NCBI GenBank assembly: GCA_965235115.1
Contig: OZ249441.1
Span: 16,802,001-16,866,000 of the forward strand
Source: Laetmonice hystrix
Lineage: Eukaryota
Direction of reading: 5' to 3'
DNA length: 64,000 nt
The notes beneath the pieces were generated by a model. It made no database searches, had not been told where the DNA came from, and saw only the letters and a list, made by a program, of their open reading frames with translations. Of this stretch, positions 36,901-64,000 are shown in pieces (within the stretch, counting starts at the first letter, position 1; each line of letters starts with the position of its first letter). Made by a program: the position numbers and the translations under genes.

Positions 36901-38162
36901 AAGTATTCCGTTATACTTGTCCATCCTCCTTACTCCGGCTGACCGAGGACAAACCCCCAAAGTCGCCAGCGGGGACCCCAAGAGCGAAGTGAGGGGGGTG
37001 GAGTACCCGTAATAAACACCCTCTAGTCTATGCCTCACATGAGACAGTGACGCAAGGTCGGCTAAATCATCGCACCAGCCATCCATAGTACCCACCTGCT
37101 CGAGCTGACCGTCATTCAATTCCAGATTGTGGCTCTGAGCAACGAGACTAGACTCGTTGCTCTGAGTAACCCTGGCATACATGTTAATTTGACAACAGCA
37201 CTGCAGAAACGTAGAACCTGTGCCAACGAGTACACGCTGCGGATAAGAGTATACAGTCATTCTTACACTGAACGAAGACATTTATTTAGCCCATGCACGT
37301 ATTATATTGGTGCCTCGCGTAATTAGGCCTAAGCATATCCTACTTTCCATCATTTCTTCACACCTCATTGTGCCTTCCTCAATTACGTATACCTGGTACT
37401 TATAGTACTTTTATGTAAAAACGTGCTTACATAATACTAGATCCTGTACACGAGCTGACCTTCATCTCCTGCTCAACAATTAATTCTACAGCCATAATTA
37501 TACTCCAACGGCAATGCTATCATATCCTATTTCCACCAGCCAGTCCATATAATCAATGGTCCTTTGAAATATGGGACAAAGAGTGGATCGTCCTGTGTCA
37601 TGGGATATGACTGATATAAGGAGGAGAGTTATTAATGGCAAGCTTACATACTGCAGTACTGACATGAAGACGTTTCCGGACTACATAGGGACATTCACAA
37701 TGTAGCACCTCACCTGGCCTCCCAGTGGCAGCCCAGTGACTCTATACACTATCAGATGCATAAGTTAGCCCATGCTTCCTTCTCAATTTGGTTTTTCAAT
37801 TGTACCCGGTAATGCAAACATCAGCCACACAAAAAGTGTAGGCTACCACTAATAGAATCTAGGGGCCAGGTGTCTCAGACCTGCTGATGTGGGTCAAGAG
37901 GACATGAAGCCTACCTCACGGTACACTGACTTTACATCCATTTGGTTCCCTTAGTGCACATGTCGTGAATTAGGCCCTAATCTTGTTATTTTGGATGAAC
38001 ACTATTGTAAATGTTTAAATTATCCGAAGGCCCAGTTTGTCTGAATAGACCTATACTAGTATACTGTCTACAGTATACACTACAGGCCTAGATCTATTCA
38101 TCTGCTTAATTCAGTGTGGGATGCAAAGACCTACACCCCTGGATATATATGCAGGTATCTCT

Positions 38163-38233
38163 CATGTACACACGCCTGACATACCGATACGTCGGCCTAT
38201 CTGTTGTGTTGGTATGACAGGCGTGTTATAGTG
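38163..38233 (+). ncRNA. Candidate pre-miRNA-like hairpin (unassigned)
   Basis: 26-bp stem (38170-38226) with 2 mismatches and 4 G-U pairs, 5-nt loop, extendable basal stem; no match to miRNAs I recall. Confidence 0.25.
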
Positions 38234-38879
38234 GGGGTAGGGGGGGGGGCGAGTAGCAGACACGAGGATCACGGGCACCATAATAATAGCGAGGGCATTC
38301 CATGTGGGGGTCCACGGAGCCGTGCATGACACAGATCTGTGGGATCTGTGTGATGTCTCTCTATTTCCCCTACCCTTCAGTCAGACCTGCAAGTGATAGT
38401 CTCTCAGGTCATTTAGCCTAAAGATGTCTACAGCCTAGTCTATAGCCTACCTTCTAGTTCCAGTTCCACCACTAGCCCAACACATCCAATTTCACGCGCC
38501 TGTGAAATTGATGCCAAGGTCATTACCCTACGGTAGGCCTAATAGAATGACATGTCAATGCCTAGGCCAACTAGTTAAAGCCTACGCTAGAAATAGGCTT
38601 ATCGTATCTGTTTCTTTTCACAGAAGATTTCAGGCATAATATAATACTAGTTAGTAGGCCTAATAGCCTGGTAGGTCTACAAATCCCCAGGGTAGGCCCT
38701 CACACCCAGCCTCTGAAAACCAGTGCGTCTTGCCTGGATATTTTTAGAACAATGTGTAAGAAAGGGAGAGATAGCGAGAAGGATGCCTATCTTCAATAAG
38801 TTCAGGACCTTTCCATACATATTGGCTCTATCACTTCACATTTCAACCGCAAGTTTAACAGACAGAACGTGTGGAAACC

Positions 38880-39248
38880 TCGGTGAAAGTGGGTCGGCAT
38901 CTGCCACAGCAGGACGCGAGATGTTGCTAGGCTGTTGTGGCTCGAGCCACGACCCGCTTCAGCTGACTGCTACACCGTTTGTTTACTTTCATGCGCAAAT
39001 CCATCTCCCAGCCCTTGCCTTGAATGTCGGGGGTGAACGCGCGGTCATTTTACAATACGTATCCGGAAAGTAGCGCCCTGTGGCTCCCGTTACACATGCA
39101 GCAACACTCCACTACACTCACCTCTCCATTTAAGCCATGTTGATAGGTGTCCGGTGCCCGTTAACTTTAGTGGCTGACGTTGGGAAGGCCTCACCCTCGG
39201 CCGCGGGTGTTTGCCATGTTCCGTTAGCCCCCACACTCGTGCGTCTGT

Positions 39249-39282
<34 letters not shown>

Positions 39283-39430
39283 AACGCTGCGGAAGGCTAG
39301 ACCACTCGATGACGTATTCCAATCGATCAGCGGGGTATGGCTGCTCACCGCACCTCCGCAGACGACAGGCCGCGTGCTTGCATTCCAGCCACAAGCGCGC
39401 CGAGTGGTAGCCTTAACGCGCATCATTAGG
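38880..39430. promoter_or_regulatory. CpG-rich promoter-like island with (GCC)11; possible distal non-coding first exon of the tetraspanin
   Basis: High CpG density, GCC tract 39249-39281, minus-strand donor GAG|GTGAGT at 39122/39121. Confidence 0.5.
39249..39281. repeat. (GCC)11 trinucleotide repeat
   Basis: Seen directly, within the CpG-rich island. Confidence 0.97.
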
Positions 39431-40324
39431 CTATGCCTATTATAGCTTGCTAACTATATTTGACATGGCCGGGTAGGCCTAAAAGATCTAGGATTTGGGG
39501 AAAGGTGGGGTGGGGGTTCAACAGGGTGAATTCAAAAAGTTCTGTGACCCCCCCCCCCTCCTAAAAAAATCACTGCTAGGCCTAATGGGTTGGGGTTAGG
39601 CGAGATCTAAATCCTCCTCAAAGTTTGAGCTCCCAAACATTTGAACAAGAATTAATTAACCATGAAGGGGACAAAGGGTGGGGCAGGCACGTGTCCAGCA
39701 TTTTCAGTAGGGGGGTCTCAGATTATTTTTTTTTAAATTACAAGCTTTGAAACGCGATTCCCGCCATTTAGGGGCCATTTTAGGGCATTATAAGGGGGGG
39801 GGGACACTTGGGCCGGGGGAAGCCATGCTGGTGGCCCGTAGCTACCGGGGGGGGGGGGGAGGAGGGAGGGGTCGGCCCCCCTGCCATGACATTTTTAACT
39901 ATAAATATTGAGGTTTAGGCCCCCCCCTCCCCCCGAGGCATTCTGTCCCGCTAACGATACCTGTCTACGGAGCTGGCTAGGTGGTAAGTAACCCCCACCC
40001 CCTTAAATCCCGCGCTGTCCCCGTGCAGACGACCCTGATGAACCGAAAAAAGAACTTGTCTCTTTAAAACCATTGGCAGCTGGTTTCACAGGCTGCAAAT
40101 GATTGATATCACAGCCAGGGACAGACTCTTTTGTCCATATAGGGCCTACTATGACAGGGTTACTTAAAACTGTTGATATAGACAGGTACATTCATTTCGT
40201 ATAAATAAAACATTGCACGCTTTTGGTATTCCCAACTTTTAGCAGGCGGAATGTCTGCCCTCTGACGTAATTCAGTCGCCAGTAGTATATGGTAAGAGGT
40301 GTTTGCGTCAGGAGCATTACCGTA

Positions 40325-40369
40325 GTGCCATCTAGCGTTTCATTTCCTACAACTAGCGCCCTCTGGTGT
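40325..40369 (-). promoter_or_regulatory. Tandem CTCF-like motif doublet
   Basis: Minus strand ACGCTAGATGGCAC (40325-40338) and ACACCAGAGGGCGCT (40355-40369) versus CTCF core CCRSYAGRKGGCRS. Confidence 0.5.
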
Positions 40370-40523
40370 TTACTACTGCCGCTCTAGCATCCGAAAGATT
40401 CATTCAGATTTCTTGGTGGTTCTCTATTATGAATTAAATTATTTCGAATAAGTTCTGCAAAGAGATAACGATTCCACATTAATAATTCAGGTATTGCAAG
40501 AATAATGCAAAACACCGTACCCC

Positions 40524-40921
40524 CATACCTGCCAACATTACCAATTTTCTTTGCGTAGCAACATTCAGCCCCATGCCCCAAAGTGGCACAGCCAGGGCAC
40601 GGGCTGTGTGCCAGGACGCAGGGTTAGGTACGGGAGGGGGGTATCCCCCTTCTGCTGGAGGATATGGGGAGCCATCCCCCCCCCCCCCCCCCAAAAAAAA
40701 AAAAGAAATTAAGGTTTTTTTCAGATGCATTCTGAAAACATTTTGGGCAGAAAGTGATTCCTAACAGGCCCTTCTTTTTCAATCGGCTGTGAAGAGGATT
40801 TTTACGGTAAATAGCCATTTCTAGAGATTTTTGTGTAGGATATGAAGGACTGAGCGTAGCAGCGTAGTAGAGTGTCAAATGCGTACCAAATACGCCAAAT
40901 GCCTAGCAGTTGGCAGGTCTG
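40524..40921. mobile_element. hAT-like MITE with 6-bp TSD TACCCC
   Basis: TIR CATACCTGCCAAC / GTTGGCAGGTCTG (1 mismatch); TACCCC at 40518-40523 and 40922-40927. Confidence 0.8.
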
Positions 40922-41045
40922 TACCCCGCCCCCTACCCTAGGTACTAAAAAAGGGGGAGCCTAAATTTGGTTTAGGGTAGGCCTATGACGTAAATTCAAC
41001 AGAAATAAAATACGTACAATAAATATGTTTAATAAATTCTTGTTC

Positions 41046-41051
41046 TTTATT
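41046..41051 (-). terminator. Putative distal polyadenylation signal (AATAAA) of the PHIP/BRWD gene
   Basis: AATAAA on the minus strand followed by U/GU-rich sequence; implies a ~3.2 kb 3' UTR. A second AATAAA lies at 43250-43255. Confidence 0.4.
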
Positions 41052-44000
41052 TGCTATCATACACTTTGCTTACGATGCCACCTGTTTCCGGCACATTATT
41101 CCCTTCATTCAAAGAAAACGTCTCCTTTTGCGATTTGAAAATGTTTACCGGTATATACAATCGAGAATCTGGATGCCTGAGGTAGCTGTGCTTCCGGAAA
41201 GCTGACAGTCACATATTGAGTGCTAATCAGTCGGCCTACTTTGGCCTCGAGACAATATTAGCAGTCTGAACATAGGGTTTGCTTATAGTTGGGAGACTCA
41301 CAGATGCAATGCGTCATCATACCGGTAACTCGTTGCACCAAACCTGGCGAAAAATTCGGGTCACAGAGTAGCACGATATTTTTCAGGCACATCTTAGTTT
41401 ATCAGCACTATATTACATTACAAATTGACACCTCGAAACACATCAGGCGGCTCTAAAAAAAAGTAAAGTTAAAGGGTTATCAAGCATAAAGCATTGCTGC
41501 AGACATCACCTATTCCTTTCAGTAAATCCTGTGGAAACTGCAGTCGTGACATCTTGACGGAATGGAGAGATGCCTCATTATTCCATCTCATCTCTTTCTT
41601 TATTATTGGCTGAGAGCACACGAAGATCAACTTACTACTTTTCCTTCTTAGACCTTCTAGCAAGTGGAATTCTGAATAATAGAGGTAGTCTATGGGACAC
41701 AGGGTGGATGGTCTCCAAGTTCGGGAATCTGACTGAGCCATTCATTTTCTCTTTAGGAGTCACAATTAGTAAGGCTGCAAATCTTTGTTAGAATAAGAAT
41801 TGGCCCATCAAACACGCTACCATTCAAACACCCATTAAGAACCCATGTGGTCCTTGCAACGGGACGTTTCGAACACTATAGACACACACACTTCTGAAGA
41901 GTAGGAAACTAAAGCGCTTCACATTAACACAACCATGTAACAATACATGTATAATGCGAAATTATGGAAACTAGGTTAGAATTGTGCTGCTCAATTCCTC
42001 AACACACGGTCATCAACACATCCACCCCCTAATTTTGATTTCCTTAGATAAACTTAATCCGGAAAATGTGCTACTATATTTAGAATAGCATCTTCAGAAT
42101 AGCATAAATTTGTATAGAATCCTTGAAAGAGCTAAGAACAAATTTCAAAGTTTTGGAATTGTTACAGCATACAAAACCATCAGCAAGTTGTTTTCGGGTC
42201 CGTCTTTTCCACATTCTTTTATCCAAACTTTGCTTTAGACACACAATAAAGTACATTAAGATTCTAGAGTTAAAGCCAAGAAACAGTGCTACATGTGTAA
42301 AATGCATATTTGCTACATGTGCCTTTTGCAATGGCAAGACAGAACTTTAACCCATGGAATTTAAATTTACCACATGAAAAGACTGCGTACACATAGCCTG
42401 ATCCCAGCTGGATTACCGGTCACGACTGGCCTGGCTGCAGTCAATCCGCGCTCTCTAGCATTCTTGCAATGAAATTGTACCCAACAGTTACCGGTAGTCC
42501 TTCATTACCTCTGGGAATCGGACTAGCATGAACATGAGATTAATGGCTGGCTCGTAGACGAGATTATCAGGCCTCACTAAACACAGTGCCGACACTCTGA
42601 ACAAGGGGCATTGCTTATCAAATATTGGGGACTTTTTAGTGGTATTTAAACCGATGGAATGTGGCGGGTTCTGATTAAAAGATAGCAGGAATTATGGAAT
42701 ATGTCACAATAATTATGACTACTCCAAGATTGGCTACGTGGGAAATCTGCTTGGCATAAAATTTTCCTATAATATTTCTAAGGCCACTACATCTAGGTTG
42801 TTCAGTGTAAAAGTTATACATATAAGTAAGAAAGGAAAAACAAAAACAAACAAAAAGAAAAGCCTGGCAATTTCCCGGGACATATATACCGGGTAGACAT
42901 CCTCTTTTGTGTTGACTTCCGGATGACATTTAACAATATTCGACCTCGTAGACAAATATATTAAGGTATGGCAGAATTTACATACCGAGTGCTACTCTCA
43001 CTTTATCTACTTATCTTACTAGCACCTGGAAAATGTGTATAGCATTGAGTGTAGCCTAGTGTTTGGATACGGAACATTCTTTGTAATTCCAAAGTATTTT
43101 TAGTTGTGTCCAGCTCACTGTGTATAGATCTATATTTTGAGAAAGGATGGGAACTGCAGGAGCGTCTCCTACTTCAAATGTCTTGACTATAAACTGGATA
43201 GTGGCGCAATCATTCCATGGCCCCCCAGGCGTCAGTTTATCTCTTTCATTTTATTATTGTTTACATAAACAGAGTTGTTCTTTACCTACTACCACAAATA
43301 TGGAGTCTGTTCTACTAGAACTGTTCTTCAAGAAATCTCATTTGTAAACAGATTAAATGATGTAAAATAGTAAGGAAAATATTTAATCTATATGGTAGGC
43401 TTAAGATTATCATCATATTCCTAGGAGTTTGACAGGAACCGACGCTGATGCAATCTTGTCCAAGAACAAGATTATGTCGTGAAATATTGTAAATCAAGCC
43501 ACAAATCTCTGCAGGCAGACACGATTCGTTAATTTCATTTCCGGCTGCTGATACTGTGATTCTGAATAGCAGCTGTCTTACAAAAAAGCAAAGACGACCG
43601 TTACCATTTCAACTGATCACTTCCATTTGGTTATCACTTATGCTATAAGAGATTAATGCACAGCAGAGTTCAAACCAAATTACTTATTCATGATTATCGT
43701 ACCACCTTTCAAAATAGTTATCACATGTAAGCTTACATTACCCTAAGATTTGATCCTGTTTACAAAATGAGGAACTGAGACTCTATTTACATGACAGAGG
43801 AAAATGGCTTGATAAGCTTTCACATTTTCTTTTAAATGAAACATTTTGTTTAGACATGAAGGAGACAAGTGCACGAGTGAGAAACTAGAGATTTAAGCTT
43901 CAAAGCTGATAACTGTTGATCTTATTGTACAGATTTTGTACCACAGACCTTACCGGAATGTGCAGTCAGATGCACCAGTTTACCAGTACCTTATCACTCC

Positions 44001-44299
44001 ACATCGTGGCAAGATTTGAATATCATTCCGGTTTGGTGCAAAGATGCCAGGAAACGATGAACCGTTCCCTGCAACCATTCCGTGGCCTCTGTAGTTAGTC
44101 GGCTGTGAATCCATAGCACTCTGCATTTCCTGGGTAGACAAATTTAAACTCTGGTACATGGTTTATCCTTCATGTATGAGACTTTCACCAAATGACAAAC
44201 CTGTTCCTTGTGAATCCAATGTAGAACATAATATAAACCAACCTCAGCTGGCTCTCTGCTGCCTTGAGAAGTTTTATCACTCAACAGGACAACTCAATG

Positions 44300-59776
<15,477 letters not shown>

Positions 59777-60670
59777 GTTGCCCGCGTGACGTCACGCCTG
59801 CATGTTGAGCCGGGGAAAGGCACGGGCAGAGAGCCGCAGAGGAGGCGGAGGATTTTAGTATGGACGGTGTGTGCTGACACTACGAGCCTAATGACATAGA
59901 AGAATTAGTCTAAACATAATCGTAAGTATCATTAGAAAGGTTTATGATATTCGGGTTTAATATCTTCGTTTGACACTTCTGAAAAGTTGCCGGTGGTATT
60001 ATTATAGCCCCATGAGTCGGACTATATTAGGCCTATTGTGACTTGTCATGTGAACGTTGGAGCTTCCAACGTGTCACCCGGGTCGGGGTCCATCGCACCA
60101 CTGCCACGGGTTTGGCCATCGTCTACATTTTTTCACCCTACTACAGGCAATCGATTTTCTGTACAGACGGTTTTATTGTGTACGTTTTTACGTAAAGATG
60201 TTAGGGTCGCTGATTGTCTGTTTAAAAATATTCTGGTGCAACAATTTATTGGTCAAAGATGCTGGTGCCGAAGCTAGACAAGAGGCCGGTTGCACGAGTC
60301 AGTTGACGGGGCAGCCTGGCCGCACAGGCCGGCGCCGCGGACCATTTGGCATTTCGTTCATGTATTTGATCATCGCGATTAGTTAGCGTTTTGCCCAAGA
60401 TCCTAGCCGAGTGACAGTAGATTTGAAGTAAAAGAAGTTACGATCTTTTCTGGAATTTTCGTCTGAATTATTACGCCTTGGAGACGTAGTTCTTGATGTA
60501 ATTATTCCAGTGGAGAGCCAACTACGCGGCTCCAGGGTTAGCCCGGTCCCCGCCACCGGCCGCGTTCGTTCCGGGCGAGTCGCGCCGGGGCCTGCCTCCC
60601 CGGCGGCCCGTGTCCAACACTGGGCGAGGGAGCGGTCAAGAGGGAGGAACCGCCCACTTTTGAACATCAG
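59777..60670. promoter_or_regulatory. CpG-rich divergent promoter region shared by PHIP/BRWD and DHDDS
   Basis: CpG-dense stretch between two divergent start codons 1962 bp apart; 14-bp CRE palindrome GCGTGACGTCACGC at 59784-59797. Confidence 0.65.
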
Positions 60671-61738
60671 TTGAATTCCCCCCCCCCCCTAAATTCTGGA
60701 CGATGTTATTTTTATCATCCAACTATCATGATCATATTTATCATTACTATATATTTTAGGCCTACGTCAAATTTTGCCCGATGGTTAGCCCCCCCCCCCC
60801 CCAAAAAAAAAGGTTAGCCCCCCCTAAAAAAATTCCTGGATCCGCCCATGACATCGTCCAGACTTTTGACTTTGACTGAATCACAACTCAAAAATATTGA
60901 TCACTGACGCTGAAACTATAATTAATGGAGAAAAACAGAAAGAATCGCCATTCAATAAGACTAAGAGTGCCTGGTAGCCATGACATTCCACCAGAAAATT
61001 ATTCCTAGAATAAATCTTACAGTTTTATGAAAATGTTGCTTTATAAACAAGATCTGTAATTTCAGACCCTATTTTGTGCTCCAAAATTCAGCAAATGTCA
61101 CCAAATTACACCTTAAATTTTCTGCAGTGGGCATAACCTCCCCTAGAAGCTTCGCACCTTTGGTACTCGCATGGATGGCCCAGAAGTACACATGTATTGA
61201 CCACAGTGCAGTACATCACATTGTTAAAAAGGAACGATTGCACTCGCACCCCTTAGTGCCAAAATCGATTTTGGGAGGATGAAACCCCCCCCCCCCCATA
61301 ATCATGGCGAAAAATGCCATTTTTTTAATGAGCAAGCACCCTTTTTAGGTTGTGAATTCATCCTTGTGATCAGGGTGCCCTTCCGAACCTCGGTCTGGCC
61401 CCCCAGAAATTTTAGGCTGTGCACGGCTCAGATGCTCCTCACAAAAGCGGTGTGTGTAGGCCTACGTGTGAGTCAGTTGGCATGATGCACTGCTGTGGCC
61501 ACCACGATACCTCGCCACTCCTCCCTAACACAGAATCTCTCCAAGGACACCTGTGGGACTGCCTTTAACGGGCAGTTGCCTTTAATTGCGAATTATTAGG
61601 AAGGGATAGATAGTGTGACCACATAGCCTGTATTCAATTTGTCAATCTTGCTAAATCCTGAGATTTGAAGGACAAGAAAGTTTCAGTGTCTGCATTTTGC
61701 TTCATGTCTGTTGAAGGTGTGAGGTAAGCTTTACAACA

Positions 61739-61921
61739 ATGTCCTGGATTCAAGAAAAGTCTGACAGAACCTGGATACAAAAGTGTTTTGCCAAGATTCT
61801 AAAGGCTGGCCCTATCCCACATCATGTTGCTTTTATCATGGATGGAAATCGGCGGTTTGCCAAGAAGAACTGCATAGACCGAGCTGAGGGACATCTCCAA
61901 GGCTTCAATAAATTAGCAGAG
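61739..61921 (+). CDS. DHDDS: DHDDS coding exon 1
   Basis: MSWIQE...[16 protein letters not shown]...KLAE|gtatgt. Confidence 0.96.
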
Positions 61922-63975
61922 GTATGTACCATAATTTGATTAAATTTATTGTACCAGTACTTGTGTATGTATGATATTCAATCTTACAAGATCAACGCTA
62001 GGCCTATGTCTACTCCTTAAATCCATGTCCATTGGGGTCTAATTGACTCAGACTCAAACGTGGGATAAATGGCCACAATTGGAGGAACATTCTTTTCAAA
62101 AGTTTCACCATCATGTTTTGAATATGTACATGTAATCAGAACCTCCTGCATTATTTCCCCAAAAGGAGCCAATCCCCTGCAAAATGTTAATAAACAGCAA
62201 GGTAGAAAACCCTTGGCAGGTCTGAAAAAAAACGACAAAATTTGCAAGTTCCACTTCCAATTCACTGAGTCATTATAAATTTGTACTGTATCAGAAATAA
62301 TGCAAAATTATAGAAAATATCACATCACATTATGTATAGCACTCGCCCCACCAATTGGCAAATCACTCCACCTAGTGGCACATACTGATTTACTGGTATG
62401 TGACTAAACTATTTTCAGACCTTAGAATGGTGTCTGGACCTGGGCATCACAGAGGTCACTGTTTATGCCTTCAGTATTGAAAACTTCAAACGTGCCAAGG
62501 ATGAAGTTGATGCTCTGATGGAGATTGCCAGGCAGAAGTTTGCCAGACTAATGGAAGAAAGGTGGGCTTTTATTGTTATTTTCTTTTGGGTTAGAAATAT
62601 ATTAACTTCCATAAATTCAAATGTGTACAGAAACTTTTGTACCCAATTATTTAAAGTAGCATAGCAAAAAGTATAAGACTTTTTTTCCCTGACAGAACCA
62701 TACAATAAAACGTATGGACCTGAAAAAAATTAGAACTGACTGTCCACTAATGCACCTACAAACAAGAGTTACAAGTAGACTTTATTATGCCATATTTCAT
62801 AATTGGGTTGGTATTTTAAAATTAATTTTTATTTAGAAATAAGTATAATTCTACTTTGTCTTTTTTTTTATTTAGAGAATTGATTGAAAAGCATGGTGTG
62901 TGCGTCAGAGTACTGGGAAACTTGCAACTTTTGCCCAGAGACATCCAGGAAATCATTGCTGAGGCAGTGGACTTCTCAAAACATAACACTAGGTAATGTG
63001 AAAACATTAATGTAGAAATATTTGTACTTGAAATCTGTTCAAGATTAGCACATCTTTCATCTATATATTAAATTATGCATTTCAATTTTGTATAAAGCAT
63101 TTGTTAATGTTAATGTTATAATGGAATTTCATCACCACTTTCTTTCTAGAGCTATCTTAAATGTGTGCTTTGCATACACATCCCGAGATGAGATGTGTGC
63201 AGCAATGAGAGAGATAGCTGAGGGTGTCCAGTTAGGGCTTATCAGAGAAACGTAAGTCCTTGAAGGCATCATTCGTCCTCTCAGTGAAAGAGATGCCACT
63301 GTTTCCCTGAAATCAATATTTGTAATATACCCAAACAGGCAGCAACAAATCTAGCTGACATTCTGACATACATCAGAGTCGGACAAATCCACTAGCCTGA
63401 GGTCCAGGACCTTCCTATTATTGCTTTGGGTTTGTGAAAATATATCAAGGGAGTCCGACGGACTCTTGCCCAGTGTTGGTTAAACCTACTGTCATTGATG
63501 GGTGGTATCTGTCAGTACCTGGTGCCAGACATGTAGCAGGTCACAAACCCCCAACCTCCAAGGATGCTGGAGGTCATTCCATGAAATTGTGGAGTTTCAG
63601 ACCAGTGGACTCAAGAGCAGGACCAGTAATTATTCTGAGTTACTGGTCCTGGACTCGTAAAAAAGAAATTCCGACTCTGTACACGTTTACATGTTTTTGC
63701 CTAATTGCACCCAAATTGTAAGTTGTATTGCTAAACAAAACAAGGTGTAGATTTTCTTTTAGATAAAATATTAGTGCCATAGACAGTAATGCTATCTTGA
63801 TAAACAAAAAAGTTATGCTGTAGCTGTGCATGCAATTACAGTAAATATGGTGTGTTGCAGTGACATCAGTGAGCGTCTCATAGAACAGTGCCTGTACACC
63901 AACAAATCCCAAGACCCAGACTTGTTAGTACGAACTTCTGGGGAGGTTCGGCTAAGTGACTTCCTTCTCTGGCAG
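61739..63975 (+). CDS. DHDDS: Dehydrodolichyl diphosphate synthase (cis-prenyltransferase catalytic subunit), first 5 coding exons; continues beyond window
   Basis: Exons 61739-61921, 62419-62561, 62876-62992, 63150-63251, 63861-63975 join in frame (220 aa). Cis-prenyltransferase motifs [59 protein letters not shown]. Confidence 0.97.
62419..62561 (+). CDS. DHDDS: DHDDS coding exon 2
   Basis: [25 protein letters not shown]... Confidence 0.96.
62876..62992 (+). CDS. DHDDS: DHDDS coding exon 3
   Basis: [20 protein letters not shown]... Confidence 0.95.
63150..63251 (+). CDS. DHDDS: DHDDS coding exon 4
   Basis: [15 protein letters not shown]... Confidence 0.95.
63861..63975 (+). CDS. DHDDS: DHDDS coding exon 5
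   Basis: [13 protein letters not shown]...[21 protein letters not shown]|gtcagt. Confidence 0.96.
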
Positions 63976-64000
63976 GTCAGTACCATCCATTCTTAGAATA

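Noticed and set aside
60383-60667. 94-aa minus-strand ORF as PHIP/BRWD exon 1
   Set aside because: No resemblance to family N-termini and no phase-1 donor. It is better explained as GC-rich promoter/UTR sequence.

Overview
Eukaryotic, intron-rich genomic DNA. It is probably a marine invertebrate deuterostome such as an echinoderm (inferred from repeat style and gene content, not proven). Three protein-coding genes are supported by spliced, phase-consistent exon chains. (1) A TSPAN33-like C8-group tetraspanin on the minus strand: two coding exons (27706-27852, 9736-9921) separated by a 17.8 kb intron; its later exons were not found and presumably lie left of the window. (2) A complete PHIP/BRWD1/BRWD3-family WD40 plus double-bromodomain gene on the minus strand: 31 coding exons, 59776-44300, 1829 aa, with one GC-AG intron and a candidate 27-nt RBFOX-flanked microexon. 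(3) The first five coding exons of DHDDS (cis-prenyltransferase) on the plus strand, head-to-head with the PHIP/BRWD gene. The rest is intronic or intergenic DNA carrying MITEs (Tc1/mariner-like TA TSD, PIF/Harbinger-like TTA TSD, two hAT-like elements with 6-bp TSDs), SINE remnants, a 45-bp x ~26 minisatellite, a 396-bp tandem duplication, CpG-rich promoter-like islands, CTCF-like motif doublets and clusters of the palindrome TAGGCCTA. No CRISPR, rRNA, tRNA or prokaryotic system was seen. All calls are by eye; no database search was run.
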